Positions 18,394 to 29,301 of a stretch of 64,000 bases of DNA are shown here, piece after piece; position 1 is the first letter of the stretch, and each line of letters opens with the position of its first letter. Below the pieces are notes generated by a model, which saw only the letters and a list, made by a program, of their open reading frames with translations, was not told the DNA's origin and did not search any database. Location of the stretch: positions 3,200,001 to 3,264,000 of the forward strand of contig OY970194.1 of assembly GCA_963708075.1 (NCBI GenBank), given 5' to 3'. Position numbers and translations under genes: made by a program. Source of the DNA: Sedimentisphaerales bacterium (GTDB lineage: Bacteria; Planctomycetota; Phycisphaerae; Sedimentisphaerales; Anaerobacaceae).

Positions 18394-18445
18394 GCGACAA
18401 GACCTGGTTCATACGCCGTGACAAGCAACGGCGGTTGCATAAAAC

Positions 18446-18484
18446 AAGGGGCTGCACCCTCGCTGTGCAGCCCCTTCTCTTTTT
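18446..18484 (+). terminator. Rho-independent terminator
   Basis: AAGGGGCTGCAC-cctcgct-GTGCAGCCCCTT followed by CTCTTTTT. Confidence 0.85.
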
Positions 18485-18884
18485 CCTCTATGTCCGGCAC
18501 GACAGCCAACTCTACGCCATTGTCCCGACCTGGCTCGCCATGAGCCTATGAGCCGCATTCCTTAACGTCCTGCTTATAGTCCATACCGACTACACATGAG
18601 TTCCTCTTATCGCACCATCAAGCTTTGGGTGGCATCGGCAATCGCCGGCCTGCCAATGGTTTGTCCCTTCGCCATCGGCAAAGCCTGGGGCCTTGCCGCC
18701 GCCACCCGGCGACACGAGATTCTCAATCGCAACCCGCCTTACGGCATCACTCAGGACGGGCGGGCGTCATTTCAGGCTTGACGCGGCGCCGCGAGTCAAT
18801 AGAGTGGATAGCAAAGGGGCAGGCCGATGCGTCTGCCGGTTTTGACAGGGGCGAGGATGGCCCGTTCGCCAGATTGAGAAGGAG

Positions 18885-20216
18885 ATGACCATGCCTATGA
18901 ATCGCCGGACATTTCTCACAAGCTCGATTGCCACCGGGTTGGCCCTCAACTTCCCCGCCGTGGCAGGCGCGCAGCAGAATAAGACCTATCGCACGGCCCT
19001 CATCGGTTGCGGCTGGTGGGGCACGAATATCCTGCGGGAGGCGATGGCGTCGGGGCGATGCAAGCTGGCGGCGCTGGTGGATGTGGATCAGCGACAGATT
19101 GCCAGGTGCGCCGCGGAGGCGGGCAAATGGACGAGCGATCAGCCCAGGCAGTACGAGGACTATCGCGAGATGCTGGAGAAGGACAAGCCCGACATAGCCA
19201 TCGTGGCCACGCCCGACCACTGGCACGCCCTGCCGATGATCGCGGCGGTCAAGGCCGGCGCCCACGTGTACGTGGAGAAGCCCATCAGCCACACGATCAT
19301 GGAGGGCCGGGCTATGGTCAACGCGGCCCGAGCGGCCAACCGCGTCGTCCAGGTGGGGACGCACCGGCGGGTCTCGCCGCACAATGTCTCGGGCAGGGAG
19401 TTTCTACAGGAGGGAAAAGCGGGGAAGATCGGGATGGTTCGCTGCTTTGTGCTTTCCGGCGGAAACGGTCCGGAGGAGCCGAAGAAGATCGTCGAGCCTC
19501 CGAAGGAGCTGAACTGGGACCGGTGGTGCGGCCCGGCTCCGATGCGACCGTACAGCGGCGGCATTCACCCGCGAAGCTGGCGCAGCTATCTCGATTATGC
19601 CAACGGGACGTTAGGCGACTGGGGCGTCCACTGGCTCGACCAGGTCCGCTGGATCATGGAAAGGAAGTCGCCACACACGGTATTCTCCGCCGGTGGCCGG
19701 CCCATCAAAGGCAAGCCCGTCCTCACGCAGGAGCACCAGACGACCGATGCGCCCGACCATCAGGTCGCGACCTATGAATTCGACGACCTGACAGTGACGT
19801 GGGAGCATCGCCAGTTCTCCGGCAACCCCGCGGAGAAATCCGAAAGCGTCGGCTGCTTCTTCTATGGCACAAAGGGGACGTTCCACCTGGGCTGGCAGCG
19901 AGGATGGACGTTTTATCCGATCGGGCGGGGTGAGCAGGAGATTCACGAGGAGCCCAAGCTCAACCAGCCGGACGACCAGAACATCAAGGAACTTTGGGCC
20001 GACTTCCTCAACGCTATCGAGACCGGCAAACGCCCGATCAGCGACATCGAGGAAGTCCACTACTCCACGGTCATGAGCCTGCTTGGAATGCTGTCGATGA
20101 AGCTCGGCCGAAGCGTCAAATGGGACGGCGACCACGAGACATGCATCAACGACGCGCAAGCCAATCAACTGCTCCGGCGCGAGTATCGCAAGCCGTGGAT
20201 CTATCCTGAGGTGTGA
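18885..20216 (+). CDS. Tat-exported Gfo/Idh/MocA family oxidoreductase
   Basis: MNRRTFL Tat motif, IGCGWWG, ATPDHWH, VYVEKP, DWGVHWLD. The true start may be 18891 or 18897. Confidence 0.9.
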   Translation: MTMPMNRRTFLTSSIATGLALNFPAVAGAQQNKTYRTALIGCGWWGTNILREAMASGRCKLAALVDVDQRQIARCAAEAGKWTSDQPRQYEDYREMLEKDKPDIAIVATPDHWHALPMIAAVKAGAHVYVEKPISHTIMEGRAMVNAARAANRVVQVGTHRRVSPHNVSGREFLQEGKAGKIGMVRCFVLSGGNGPEEPKKIVEPPKELNWDRWCGPAPMRPYSGGIHPRSWRSYLDYANGTLGDWGVHWLDQVRWIMERKSPHTVFSAGGRPIKGKPVLTQEHQTTDAPDHQVATYEFDDLTVTWEHRQFSGNPAEKSESVGCFFYGTKGTFHLGWQRGWTFYPIGRGEQEIHEEPKLNQPDDQNIKELWADFLNAIETGKRPISDIEEVHYSTVMSLLGMLSMKLGRSVKWDGDHETCINDAQANQLLRREYRKPWIYPEV

Positions 20217-20222
20217 CCCGGA

Positions 20223-21050
20223 CTACCATCCTTTTCTGGCGACGAGCACGGGGATGGTGAGCACGAGGATATAGAGATTCAGGAGGAATGATCTCCTCTG
20301 AATATAGAGGCAGTCGTATTTGACTTTGTGGTCGGGCTTGAGGTCATAGACGCTTCTCACCTGGGCCAGGCCGGTCAGTCCCGGTTTCACGGACAACCGG
20401 ACGCCTTGCAGGGCCTTGTGTCGCGCTACGAAGTAGGGCCTCTCCGGCCGGGGCCCAACGAGGCTCATTTCTCCCCGCAGGATGTTCCACAACTGCGGCA
20501 GCTCGTCGATACGCATCCTTCGAAGAACGCGGCCGACAGGCGTGACACGGTCATCATCCTTGGCCGCCCACACCGGCCCGATATGCTTCTCCGCATCGTT
20601 GACCATGGTGCGAAACTTGTAGAGCGTAAAGAGCCTTCCATTTTCGCCCACCCGTTCCTGCCTGTACAGAACCGGGCCGTGTGAAGTCAGCTTGACAAGC
20701 AGCGCAACGACAAGGATCACGGGGAAAGTGACGCTGAGGATCGCCAGCGCACCGGCGATGTCGAGCAAGCGAATCAGCACTTCCGCGGTATGGGGAAGCC
20801 GCTCCGTGCAAGCCCCGGTCGAATCCAGTGACGGCTGTGCCTCTTCCACCACATGCGAAGAGCTGGGGATCGGGCGAAGCTCAGCACATTTCTGCTTCCG
20901 CGATCTTCGTTGTTCAGCAGAGATTCCCCCTGCCATACCCCCCAGTTGCAGGACACCAACTTGTACACTCTGTTCCATAAGCTGCCTTATGTCTCCCTGC
21001 CGGCAGCCTGCGAAGCTCGGACTCACCATGAAATCCGACCCCCCGGTCAC
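20223..21050 (-). CDS. Undecaprenyl-phosphate sugar phosphotransferase (Bac_transf, initiating glycosyltransferase)
   Basis: [51 protein letters not shown]. Start possibly 20978. Confidence 0.92.
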   Translation of the reverse strand: MTGGSDFMVSPSFAGCRQGDIRQLMEQSVQVGVLQLGGMAGGISAEQRRSRKQKCAELRPIPSSSHVVEEAQPSLDSTGACTERLPHTAEVLIRLLDIAGALAILSVTFPVILVVALLVKLTSHGPVLYRQERVGENGRLFTLYKFRTMVNDAEKHIGPVWAAKDDDRVTPVGRVLRRMRIDELPQLWNILRGEMSLVGPRPERPYFVARHKALQGVRLSVKPGLTGLAQVRSVYDLKPDHKVKYDCLYIQRRSFLLNLYILVLTIPVLVARKGW

Positions 21051-21279
21051 CGGCCTGGCTAGGATACGCAGCCCCTCGACCCGCGAGTACCAGATAACGA
21101 ATTACAGGGGACCAGTGTCCCCATGTGACACGAATACTGTCCGATAACAGCGGAACTCGCATTCAGGAAATTCCTGTATGGAATCCCTGCCTGCTGCGGT
21201 GTTGTCCGCTCTCGTATTGAACTCCTGCTCGATTTCCATCTCGACAATGGATCATATGCCAATAAAGTTCGTATGTCAT

Positions 21280-21307
21280 ATATCGGCAACAGGGTCACGG
21301 TACTATA
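21280..21307 (-). promoter_or_regulatory. Sigma28 (FliA/WhiG)-like promoter
   Basis: Minus strand TATA-N16-GCCGATAT upstream of the sugar transferase. Confidence 0.55.
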
Positions 21308-21466
21308 AACTGATTTTCAGCAACTACGAAAGACCTCCGGCCCTGTCACAAGAAAACTCTCCAGGGGACCGATAATCCTCCGCCACATCGAGGAGTGAGG
21401 TGAATTATGGGCTGGTGGGACAAACAGATGAGCCGGTTTGTGGCACCGGCGGATCAGGAAGTGCGT

Positions 21467-22792
21467 CTACTCGCACTCGTTGCCCGGTTGCGAGGGCCGG
21501 CCGACACAGTGGTACTCAAGGCCTGCCTGCCTGGCCCTGCCGGGGTCGTAGAGGTTTCGCCCGTCAAAGACGAGCGGCCGCTTCAATCGGCTTCGAATCG
21601 CGTCAAAATCCGGCGTCCTGAACTCCTGCCAATCGGTCAGCACGATCAGCGCGTCACTGCCATCCAGGGCCTCGTAGGAATTCGTGCAAAGCTGGATCTG
21701 CCCGTTGAGAGCCGTCAGAGCGGCCTGCCCCGCCTCCGGATCGTATGCCTTCACCCTCATGCCCCAGTCCAGGAATCTCCTGACGCAGTACAGCGCCGGT
21801 GATTCCCGGATGTCATCGGTATTGGCCTTGAACGCAAGCCCCCACACGGCGACCGTGACGCTACGCTCCTGTCCGGCGAAGTGTTCTCGCACTCGTTCCG
21901 CAAACCGCTCCCTCGCCGTCTGATTGACCCGCCACACGGCCTGGACGAGATCCATCGCGAGCCCGTGCGACTGGCCCGTGTGGATCAGCGAGGTAATGTC
22001 CTTGGGAAAGCAACTGCCGCCGAACCCCACGCCCGGGAACAGAAAGGCGGGCCCGATGCGAGGATCCGACCCCAGGCCCCGCCGGACGGACTCGACATCC
22101 GCCCCTGCTTCCTCACAGAGATATGCAATCTCGTTCATGAAGGAAATCCGCGTCGCCAGCATCGCATTGGCGGCATATTTGGTCATCTCGGCGGACATGG
22201 GGTCCATGCACAGAATCCTGTTGGATTTCCGCATGAACGGCGCGTAGAGCTCGGCCATGACCTCCCTGGCGTGGGGACTGGTCGTCCCGATGATGACCCT
22301 GTCCGGCCGCATGAAGTCTTCCACGGCTGCGCCCTCTTTCAGGAATTCCGGATTCGCCACGTAGTCGAATGGCACGCTCGTCCGGGAGCGCAGCGCCGTG
22401 ATGATCCGCGTATGCGTGCCCACGGGCACCGTGCTCTTCGTCACGATGATCCGGTATTCTTCCAGCAGCCCGCCGATCTGGGCCACCACGGCGTCAATGT
22501 GCGACAGATTCGTCGAGCCATCCGCCGCAGCGGGCGTGCCGACAGCGAGAATGATGATCAAGGACCGGCGCACTGCCTCCTGCAAATCCGTGGTGAATCG
22601 CAGCCGCCCGGACCGCAGATTCCGCTGGACAAGCCTCTCCAGGTCCGGCTCATAGATCGGGACAGCCCCCTCGCACAGCCGTGCGATCCGCCCCTCGTCC
22701 TTGTCCACACAGACTACTTCATTTCCCGCCTCCGCCAGACAAGCCGCGGAAACCAACCCCACATAGCCCGCACCCACTGTGCAGATTCTCAT
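21467..22792 (-). CDS. ugd: UDP-glucose 6-dehydrogenase
   Basis: GAGYVG, AVGTP, TKSTVPVGT, NPEFLKEG, KYAAN, GFGGSCFPKD, AFKANTDDIRES. Confidence 0.95.
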   Translation of the reverse strand: MRICTVGAGYVGLVSAACLAEAGNEVVCVDKDEGRIARLCEGAVPIYEPDLERLVQRNLRSGRLRFTTDLQEAVRRSLIIILAVGTPAAADGSTNLSHIDAVVAQIGGLLEEYRIIVTKSTVPVGTHTRIITALRSRTSVPFDYVANPEFLKEGAAVEDFMRPDRVIIGTTSPHAREVMAELYAPFMRKSNRILCMDPMSAEMTKYAANAMLATRISFMNEIAYLCEEAGADVESVRRGLGSDPRIGPAFLFPGVGFGGSCFPKDITSLIHTGQSHGLAMDLVQAVWRVNQTARERFAERVREHFAGQERSVTVAVWGLAFKANTDDIRESPALYCVRRFLDWGMRVKAYDPEAGQAALTALNGQIQLCTNSYEALDGSDALIVLTDWQEFRTPDFDAIRSRLKRPLVFDGRNLYDPGRARQAGLEYHCVGRPSQPGNECE

Positions 22793-22829
22793 CGGTTGCT
22801 CCCATCATATCGGCCGTGATGCATTCTGT

Positions 22830-24245
22830 TCATTTTCTATCAGATATGGGTATTTCGTCGTCCAACGGAGCTTGCTTGCGTGCCTGCCCCGGCGATGACT
22901 TGTGTGCATGGGCAGGCTTCCGCTCCGGGAGTCTCTCATCGATTCGGCCCTTCAAGGTGTCCTCTCGGCTAAATTGAGACGCCAATCGACGATACTGCCA
23001 CTGGTTGTCTGTCCCCGTCGCCGGGCCGAGGCTGCGATTCGGGACCACGGAAGCAAAGACTCTCATAAGGGCCTCCACGGCCCGTTCCCTTGTGTACCCG
23101 TTCCGTACCACCTGGGGGTTCCTGTACGCCAGCAGCCGCAGGCGCTGGTAGTCCCGCATAAGTTGCTCCAGGGCTTGCTCCAGGTCCTGCTGATTGCCTG
23201 GCCGGTAACATAGGTTCGCCCCTGTCGATTCCAGGATCTCCCGGCCCTCTCCGGACACGCCGGCCAGAATCGGTCTGCCCGCTGCCATGCAGTCGAAGAC
23301 TTTCGAAGGGATTGTCCTCTCGAACGTCTTGTCCGGGCGGAGATTCACGGACAAAGCGGCGGCGTGCGACATCTCCCGCGCCGCGTCCTGCCGGGAAACA
23401 GGGGGCATGAAGACGATGCTGTCGCTCGCCCCGAGGTCTCTTACGAGCTTCTTCAGGTCGTCCTCTACGGCCCCGGTCCCCAGGAGCTTCATGATCCATT
23501 TGCTGTGACCATTCCTGCCATGCACGTTCGTCCACGCGCGGATCAACAGGTCGAGTTGCTGGACCCTGCCGAGATTACCTGCATAGAGGAGTGTATGGTC
23601 GCTCGAGGGGCCGTGACGCCCGTCGGGTCCGTCCGCAATGTCCGATGCCTTCGCCCCGTTGTACACGATGGTCACAGAAGTCCTGGTCTTTGCACGGATG
23701 TATTCCTGCATCGGCCGAGCCACACACGTAATATGAGCGGCTTGATGATAGACGTACTGCTCCATCCTCTCGCCGATGCGGTAGGCCCTTCCCCCTGCCG
23801 ATAGTTGCCCTGCCCCGACGGCGGATGCAGGCCAGATATCCCGGATATCGACCACCAGAGGGATTCGAAACAGCCGGGACAGCACCACGCCGCTAAGGCC
23901 CACAAACAATGGAGGAGAGCTGGCCCAGATCACGTCGGGTTTCCAGTGAACCAGCCGATGCTTCACTCCAAGCCAGGCGCTTCCCACCATGAAGGACACA
24001 TAATGCCTGATGTAGTTGAGGAACCCTCCCCCATTCAAATGAGTGACCCTGGTCCGCAATACACGGGAGATCTGACAGTCGTATTCCGCCACGGAATCCC
24101 CGTCGGCCTGTGACCTGTGCGGCAAGGCTGTGATCACGTGGACCTCATGGCCATTGGCCTCCAGGAGCCGAGCGGTATCGAAGATTCGAAAGGCCGCCGC
24201 CGTGATGTCGGGAGGGAAGTATTGAGCAATAATCAGTATCTTCAC
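22830..24245 (-). CDS. Glycosyltransferase family 4 (WbuB-like)
   Basis: GTG start with GAGG RBS: MKILIIAQYFPPD, SSPPLF, DIRDIWP, YAGNLG, PSKVFDCMAAGRPI. Confidence 0.9.
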   Translation of the reverse strand: MKILIIAQYFPPDITAAAFRIFDTARLLEANGHEVHVITALPHRSQADGDSVAEYDCQISRVLRTRVTHLNGGGFLNYIRHYVSFMVGSAWLGVKHRLVHWKPDVIWASSPPLFVGLSGVVLSRLFRIPLVVDIRDIWPASAVGAGQLSAGGRAYRIGERMEQYVYHQAAHITCVARPMQEYIRAKTRTSVTIVYNGAKASDIADGPDGRHGPSSDHTLLYAGNLGRVQQLDLLIRAWTNVHGRNGHSKWIMKLLGTGAVEDDLKKLVRDLGASDSIVFMPPVSRQDAAREMSHAAALSVNLRPDKTFERTIPSKVFDCMAAGRPILAGVSGEGREILESTGANLCYRPGNQQDLEQALEQLMRDYQRLRLLAYRNPQVVRNGYTRERAVEALMRVFASVVPNRSLGPATGTDNQWQYRRLASQFSREDTLKGRIDERLPERKPAHAHKSSPGQARKQAPLDDEIPISDRK

Positions 24246-24261
24246 GCCGTTCCTCAAAACT

Positions 24262-25945
24262 TCAAGGTGTGGTTTTGCTTCGTATCCTGTACCTGATTTC
24301 GACTTCACACCCTCGGCCGACCATGCATAAACAGGGACGAGTCCGGACCTCGTAGAACCGCTCGAAATAGGGCGTCTCCTCCACTCGAACGTCGCAGTTC
24401 GTCTCCACCGCAAAGTCCCCTCCCGGGTGCGACACATGCACAAGACGGCTGCTCACGTCGGCCACATGGCACGCGGGATGGAGGTGCAAACGAGAGATAC
24501 ACTGAACGGGCCGCCGCGCTGTGATCCTGTCATGCACGGTCAGGCCTTCGGCCGTACTCCACTGCATCTGCCTGGCGTGCGTCGGCTTGCCGGGCAACCT
24601 GCGGTAACCGTCATGCCATCCGCTCAGTGTGAAGCCCCTCTCGTCGCAACGCCACGTGACGTCACGCGGATAGCCGCGCCTGGCCACGCGAAAGGCGCCC
24701 CACAACTCACATTGGTCCTGACCATCGATCTCGACGGTGTTGTGGGCGGCCGTGGAACGACAGTATCGACGCACCGCAGAATCCTCGTAGTCGTGGACCC
24801 CGGAATCGGTGACGACCCGATGGCCGTTCAGGGACAACTCGAAGTTGAAGATGTCCGCATGTCCGTGGCCGGGAATGTAGTCGGGACCGATTCGGCCGAA
24901 GTCCGCAATGAGGTATGTGCCGTCGGAGCCCCGCCATCCATAGTAGCCGGAAGCCGGCAAGCTGAAGCCGCCGGAGGAAGCACTCTCGATCCCTGGGCCG
25001 GGCAGATGGCGAGCGCAGTACGTCAGCAAGCGCTCCGGATCATGGTACACGCCATGAGCGCTATCACTCAGCAGGGCGATCTTGCCGTCAGGGTGGCGCA
25101 ATTCGTCAAGGGCTCGCGCCATTCGATGAGCCGGCTCCGCCAGGAGAGCCGTAAGCTCTTCAACCTCAGCCTCCATGAGTACCGCCAGCACATACAGGAT
25201 ACGGCAGTGGTACATGGGAGACAGCTCAAAGTGCACGCCATCCGGGAGGATCTGCTTGCGAATCTCCCTGGAGAGAATCCGCATTCCCCGGTTGAGCCAT
25301 TTGCGGGCATGCTCTCCCCGGAAGCAGGCCCCCGCAAAGGCCAATGCAGCCGCGTTCTCAAGATAATGGTTGCCCAGCAGATGCGTTTCGACGTGCCTGC
25401 TGAGCCAGTCACATTGCGCGTACAGGCTCTCCCAAAGGGCGTCGCAGAAGCCGCGGTCGCTCTCTGTGTCGTCCTTGAAGCGTCCAAAGAAGAAGCCGCA
25501 CCAGTTGATCAGCCTCAGGGATGTCGGATAGGGATCCCAACCCACGTCGCGGCCGGAACATCTGCACTTGCCAATCCAGTCCAGTACGACCCGCTTGCCC
25601 GCATTGAAATCCAGGACCCACAGCCAGTCAAAGTAATGGAGGTTGTAGAGCCACAGCTTTGGCTGGCTGTCCCCGTCCCAGCGTGGAGGGAAGCCGATCT
25701 CGCGTGACATGTTCAGGAATCGAAAGATACCTTTGCTGATCGCATTCTCTTGGATGCCCTCGGTCGCAGGAGGCAGTATGTCCTTCGCAAGAGTCCATTG
25801 ACAGCCTGGAAAATCCGGCGCTCGGTCAGACTCCCTTGGCAGCCGTCGGTCTTTCGTGGCAACCGCATACCGTCGAGCTTGCCCGTATAATTGCTCCGCG
25901 CAGATAGCGGATTGTGCTCAGGAGACGAGTCAAACGGCCGCGCAT
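24262..25945 (-). CDS. Heparinase II/III family protein, frameshifted near the 5' end (~25898)
   Basis: Body LWLYNLHYFDW, HLLGNHYLEN, DGVHFELSPMYH, GHGHAD, RSTAAHNTV. The upstream frame MRGRLTRLLSTIRYLR (ATG 25945) joins EQLYGQAR...FLNMSRE after a shift. Confidence 0.85.
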
Positions 25946-28141
25946 CCCACCTCAACACAAGAGTGAGCAGGCTGCCCTTTCCTCTCCAGCCGAGATGCCC
26001 CTGCTGTTTCGCGAAGGCAGATTACTTTGTGCTCTCTTGCCGCCTCCACGGCTGCAATACTTGCCGACGTAACGTTCGCCAGCTCTTCATAGGGAATCAG
26101 CGGACCGCCGCCGCGGGCCACGCGGTCCACGAACGCCTGAATCTCCGTCATATGGCCCTTATCCTGGCGTCTGGTCTTGAATGTCCTGTCGCGCCCGAAG
26201 CCGTACGTCCGGGTCACACGGAAATTCTCCAGGCGAACGATCCGGCCGTCGCAGAAGACCTCAAGGCTCTCCTTGGGATACCTCTTGCACCCGTTGGCAA
26301 AGTAGTTGACGGTCCCGACCGAGCCATCTGCGAAGGTCAGGAGGATAGACATCTTGTCATCGCGTACGGCCGGGCCTTCACCTACCCGTGCCGCAGAGAC
26401 CGTCTCGATGGGACTGCCCGCGAGCCAGGATAGCAGATCGATGAAATGACACCCCTCGCCGATAATGCGTCCTCCCCCCTCTTGCGGGTCCTGAGTCCAG
26501 TGAGTGGCAGGGATCTCGCCGGCATTCACCGTCATTGTCATGCAGATGGGACCGGCTCGACCTGCCAAGTGTTCTTTGATCCTTTGAGTGTGAGCGCTGA
26601 AACGGCGATTGAAACCCACCATGAGCTGCCGATCAGGATGCTGCCTAGCCATGTCCCCGATATCAACCAACTGCGCCATGCTGATCGCGAGCGGCTTCTC
26701 CACAAAGACATGCTTGCCCGCATCCAGGACCTCGCCCGCCAGGGAGGCATGACTGTTGTGGCCGGTCACTACAAAGACGGCGTTCACATCGCCATCATCG
26801 AGGATTTGCCTGTAGTCAGTGACGGCGTTCTCGAACCTGAATTTTCTGGCCGCGTGCACGAGCGAGGCGCCATTGTTCCGGCCCGCAATGTACTTGAGGC
26901 GCGCCCCTGTCCTGCTCAGACATGGCAAGAGCGTGCTGATCGCAAAATTGCCTGCGCCGATGACGCCCACGACGGCTTGGCCGCTCCCGGTCGAGCGACC
27001 CTGTGAAATCGCCACGCGAGCCGTGCGAACCACCTCGTGGGGATATTGAAGGACCACGCCCAGAGCCGAGGGGTCGCTCTCGATCGTCTCATAGGCCTTG
27101 ATGGCCTCGTCGAGGGCATACCTGTGCGTCACCAGGGGCTCGACCCGAAGGGTGCCGCTCGACATCGCGCCCAGCACGGCTTCAAAATTGCGTCCTTCGG
27201 TCCAGCGCCAGGCCATACGGATAGTCCTGTCCCTTCTGCTCGTAGGCCTCATCGTAGCGTCCGGGTCCGTAGCTGCAGGAAACCTGGAACGTCAATTCTT
27301 TTTCGTAGAAGTCGCTTCGCCGCAGGTTCAGACCCACGACACCTACCAGGACAATACGCCCCCGCTTGCGACAGCTCTCGGCGGCCTGGTGAACGATCTC
27401 GTCCGTCTTGGTGCAGGCGGTGATGACGACGCCGTCCGCGCCGTGTTCCGCGGTCCAGGCCTTGGCCGCTTCCGTGGGACTGGCGCCGCCAGACAGGTCG
27501 ACAACCTTCGCCCCGAACTGCTCCGCCAGTTTCAGCCGTTGCGGATTCAAGTCCACGCCCAGAACGTCACACCCACTGGCCCTCAGGAGCTGCACGGTAA
27601 CCAGACCGATCAGGCCCATGCCAAAGACCATGACTTTCTCGCCGAGGCAGGGCTCAAGCAAACGGATGCCTTGCAGAGCGATGCTTGACAGCACCACAAA
27701 GGACGCCTCCTCATCCGTCACATTCTCCGGGACCTTGGCGACCAGGTTGCGCGGCACACAAACGATCTGGGCATGGTTGCCGTTGCTGATGACCCGGTCG
27801 CCCGGCTGCAGGTCCGTAATGCCCTCGCCCACATCGAGCACGACACCCGCGTTGCAGTAGCCCAGCGGCAGCGGCTGGTCGAGCTTTCGGAACACGGCTT
27901 CCAGTGTCGGCAGGACCCCGTCCGCTTTGATCTTGTCCAGCACCTGCTTGACCTTGTCCGGCTGCTGACGGGCCTTCTGGATCAGGTTCGCCTTGCTGAA
28001 CTCCACGAGCATGCGCTCCGTCCCCGCGGAAATCACCGATGCTCGCGTCTGAATCAGCACCTGTCCCCGCCCCGCCTGCGGGCACGGGACTTCCGCGATT
28101 TCCATCTGACCGGTGTTGAGATGCTGCAAGATCTGTTTCAT
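25930..28141 (-). CDS. Bi-domain oxidoreductase (Zn-ADH-like + Gfo/Idh/MocA), frameshifted at ~27208
   Basis: N-half ISAGTE, LGYCNAG, SCSYGPGRYD..YE..GQDYPYG; C-half RWTEGRNFEA, IGAGNFA, HVFVEKP, GFNRRF, GEGCHFID, QDKGH. Family consensus DYPYGxVRWTE spans the break. Confidence 0.88.
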
Positions 28142-29301
28142 TCTGCGGCTGCCTGGATCTCTTGAGGATGATGGTTATTTCCAACACTGTGCAGGACGTC
28201 CACGAACATACCGGCTACGGTATGCCAATCCGGCATGGCGGCGATGCGCTGCCTGCCCTGCTCAACGCGGGCGGTGAGTTCGTCTCGGTCCTCGAACGCC
28301 TGCACCACCGTGCGCGCGATGTCGCCCGGGTCCTGCGGGTCAAAGAAGAACGCCACACTGCCGCACACCTCGCGTGCGAAGTCGCGGTCCGAGGTGAAGA
28401 TCGGCTTGCCGAAGCGCATCGCCTCCACATAAGTCTGGCTGAACGATTCCAGCAGAGTGGGCAGGAGCAGTGCGTCCACGGACGCATAAAGCCGCGGCAC
28501 ATCCTGCATGTCCACAGGGCCTATGTTGCGCACATAGTCGGCCAGGCCCTCCCGTCGAATGCTCTGCATGAGCGCTTTGGCCCTGCTATTCTGGTTGTGC
28601 GCAAAGGTGAGGATGATCTGGAAAGGCGCGTTCGTGTCTTTGAATTGCCGAGCCACGGGCAGCAGGACCTCGATGTTCTTGTGGGAATAGTACCTCGCGA
28701 AGCAAAGCAAGCGGACTCGCGAGCCCCGCGGTCCCAGGGCAGGCAATGGCTGGACTACTTCGCTGGATTCCTGAAGGCTCACTGCGTTGGGAATGACATG
28801 CACGGCCTTGACCCCGTACAACTGACGCAATCGCGCCGCCACGGTTTCGGTCTGGGCCACCATGGCCGATGTGAAGGGCAGTTGACGCCGGAGAAAGACG
28901 CAGCGCAGCTTGCGCCGTATCCAGTCCTGCCATCCCATTCGCCGCCACAGATCGCGATCCGGGTAAACGGCGTACGACCAATGGAACAGGGTCACTTGGG
29001 GTACAGACACGGGCACGGCATAGTTGCCCATGTTGAACACCACATCGGGCCGTTCGTCGCGAACGACCCGCCGCCAGAACGCGCCGCTGGCGGTATGACG
29101 CAACAAACGGCTCTGCAACAAACGCGGCAACGCACGAATCGTAATATTGGAGGCCGCCAGAGCCTCATAGCCTCGTTGAGGCGGGGCGTAGACGATCAGG
29201 TTGTCCTGCCATCCTGCGGTTGCATACGCTTTTAGGAAACTCACGGCAACACTACGCGCACCGGCCGCAGTAAGAGCCACCGCATTGACCAGGATTTTCA
29301 T
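28138..29301 (-). CDS. Glycosyltransferase family 4
   Basis: MKILVNA, HKNIEVL, PTLLESFSQTYVEAM..GKPI. Confidence 0.9.
   Translation of the reverse strand: MKILVNAVALTAAGARSVAVSFLKAYATAGWQDNLIVYAPPQRGYEALAASNITIRALPRLLQSRLLRHTASGAFWRRVVRDERPDVVFNMGNYAVPVSVPQVTLFHWSYAVYPDRDLWRRMGWQDWIRRKLRCVFLRRQLPFTSAMVAQTETVAARLRQLYGVKAVHVIPNAVSLQESSEVVQPLPALGPRGSRVRLLCFARYYSHKNIEVLLPVARQFKDTNAPFQIILTFAHNQNSRAKALMQSIRREGLADYVRNIGPVDMQDVPRLYASVDALLLPTLLESFSQTYVEAMRFGKPIFTSDRDFAREVCGSVAFFFDPQDPGDIARTVVQAFEDRDELTARVEQGRQRIAAMPDWHTVAGMFVDVLHSVGNNHHPQEIQAAAE

Noticed and set aside
22807..22832. Sigma28 promoter directly before ugd
   Set aside because: GCCGATAT is present but the -35 spacing is off and it is only ~14 nt from the start codon; kept as weak support only.
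25713..25958. 81-aa ORF as a separate gene
   Set aside because: The region is better explained as the frameshifted 5' end of the heparinase II/III gene in other frames.
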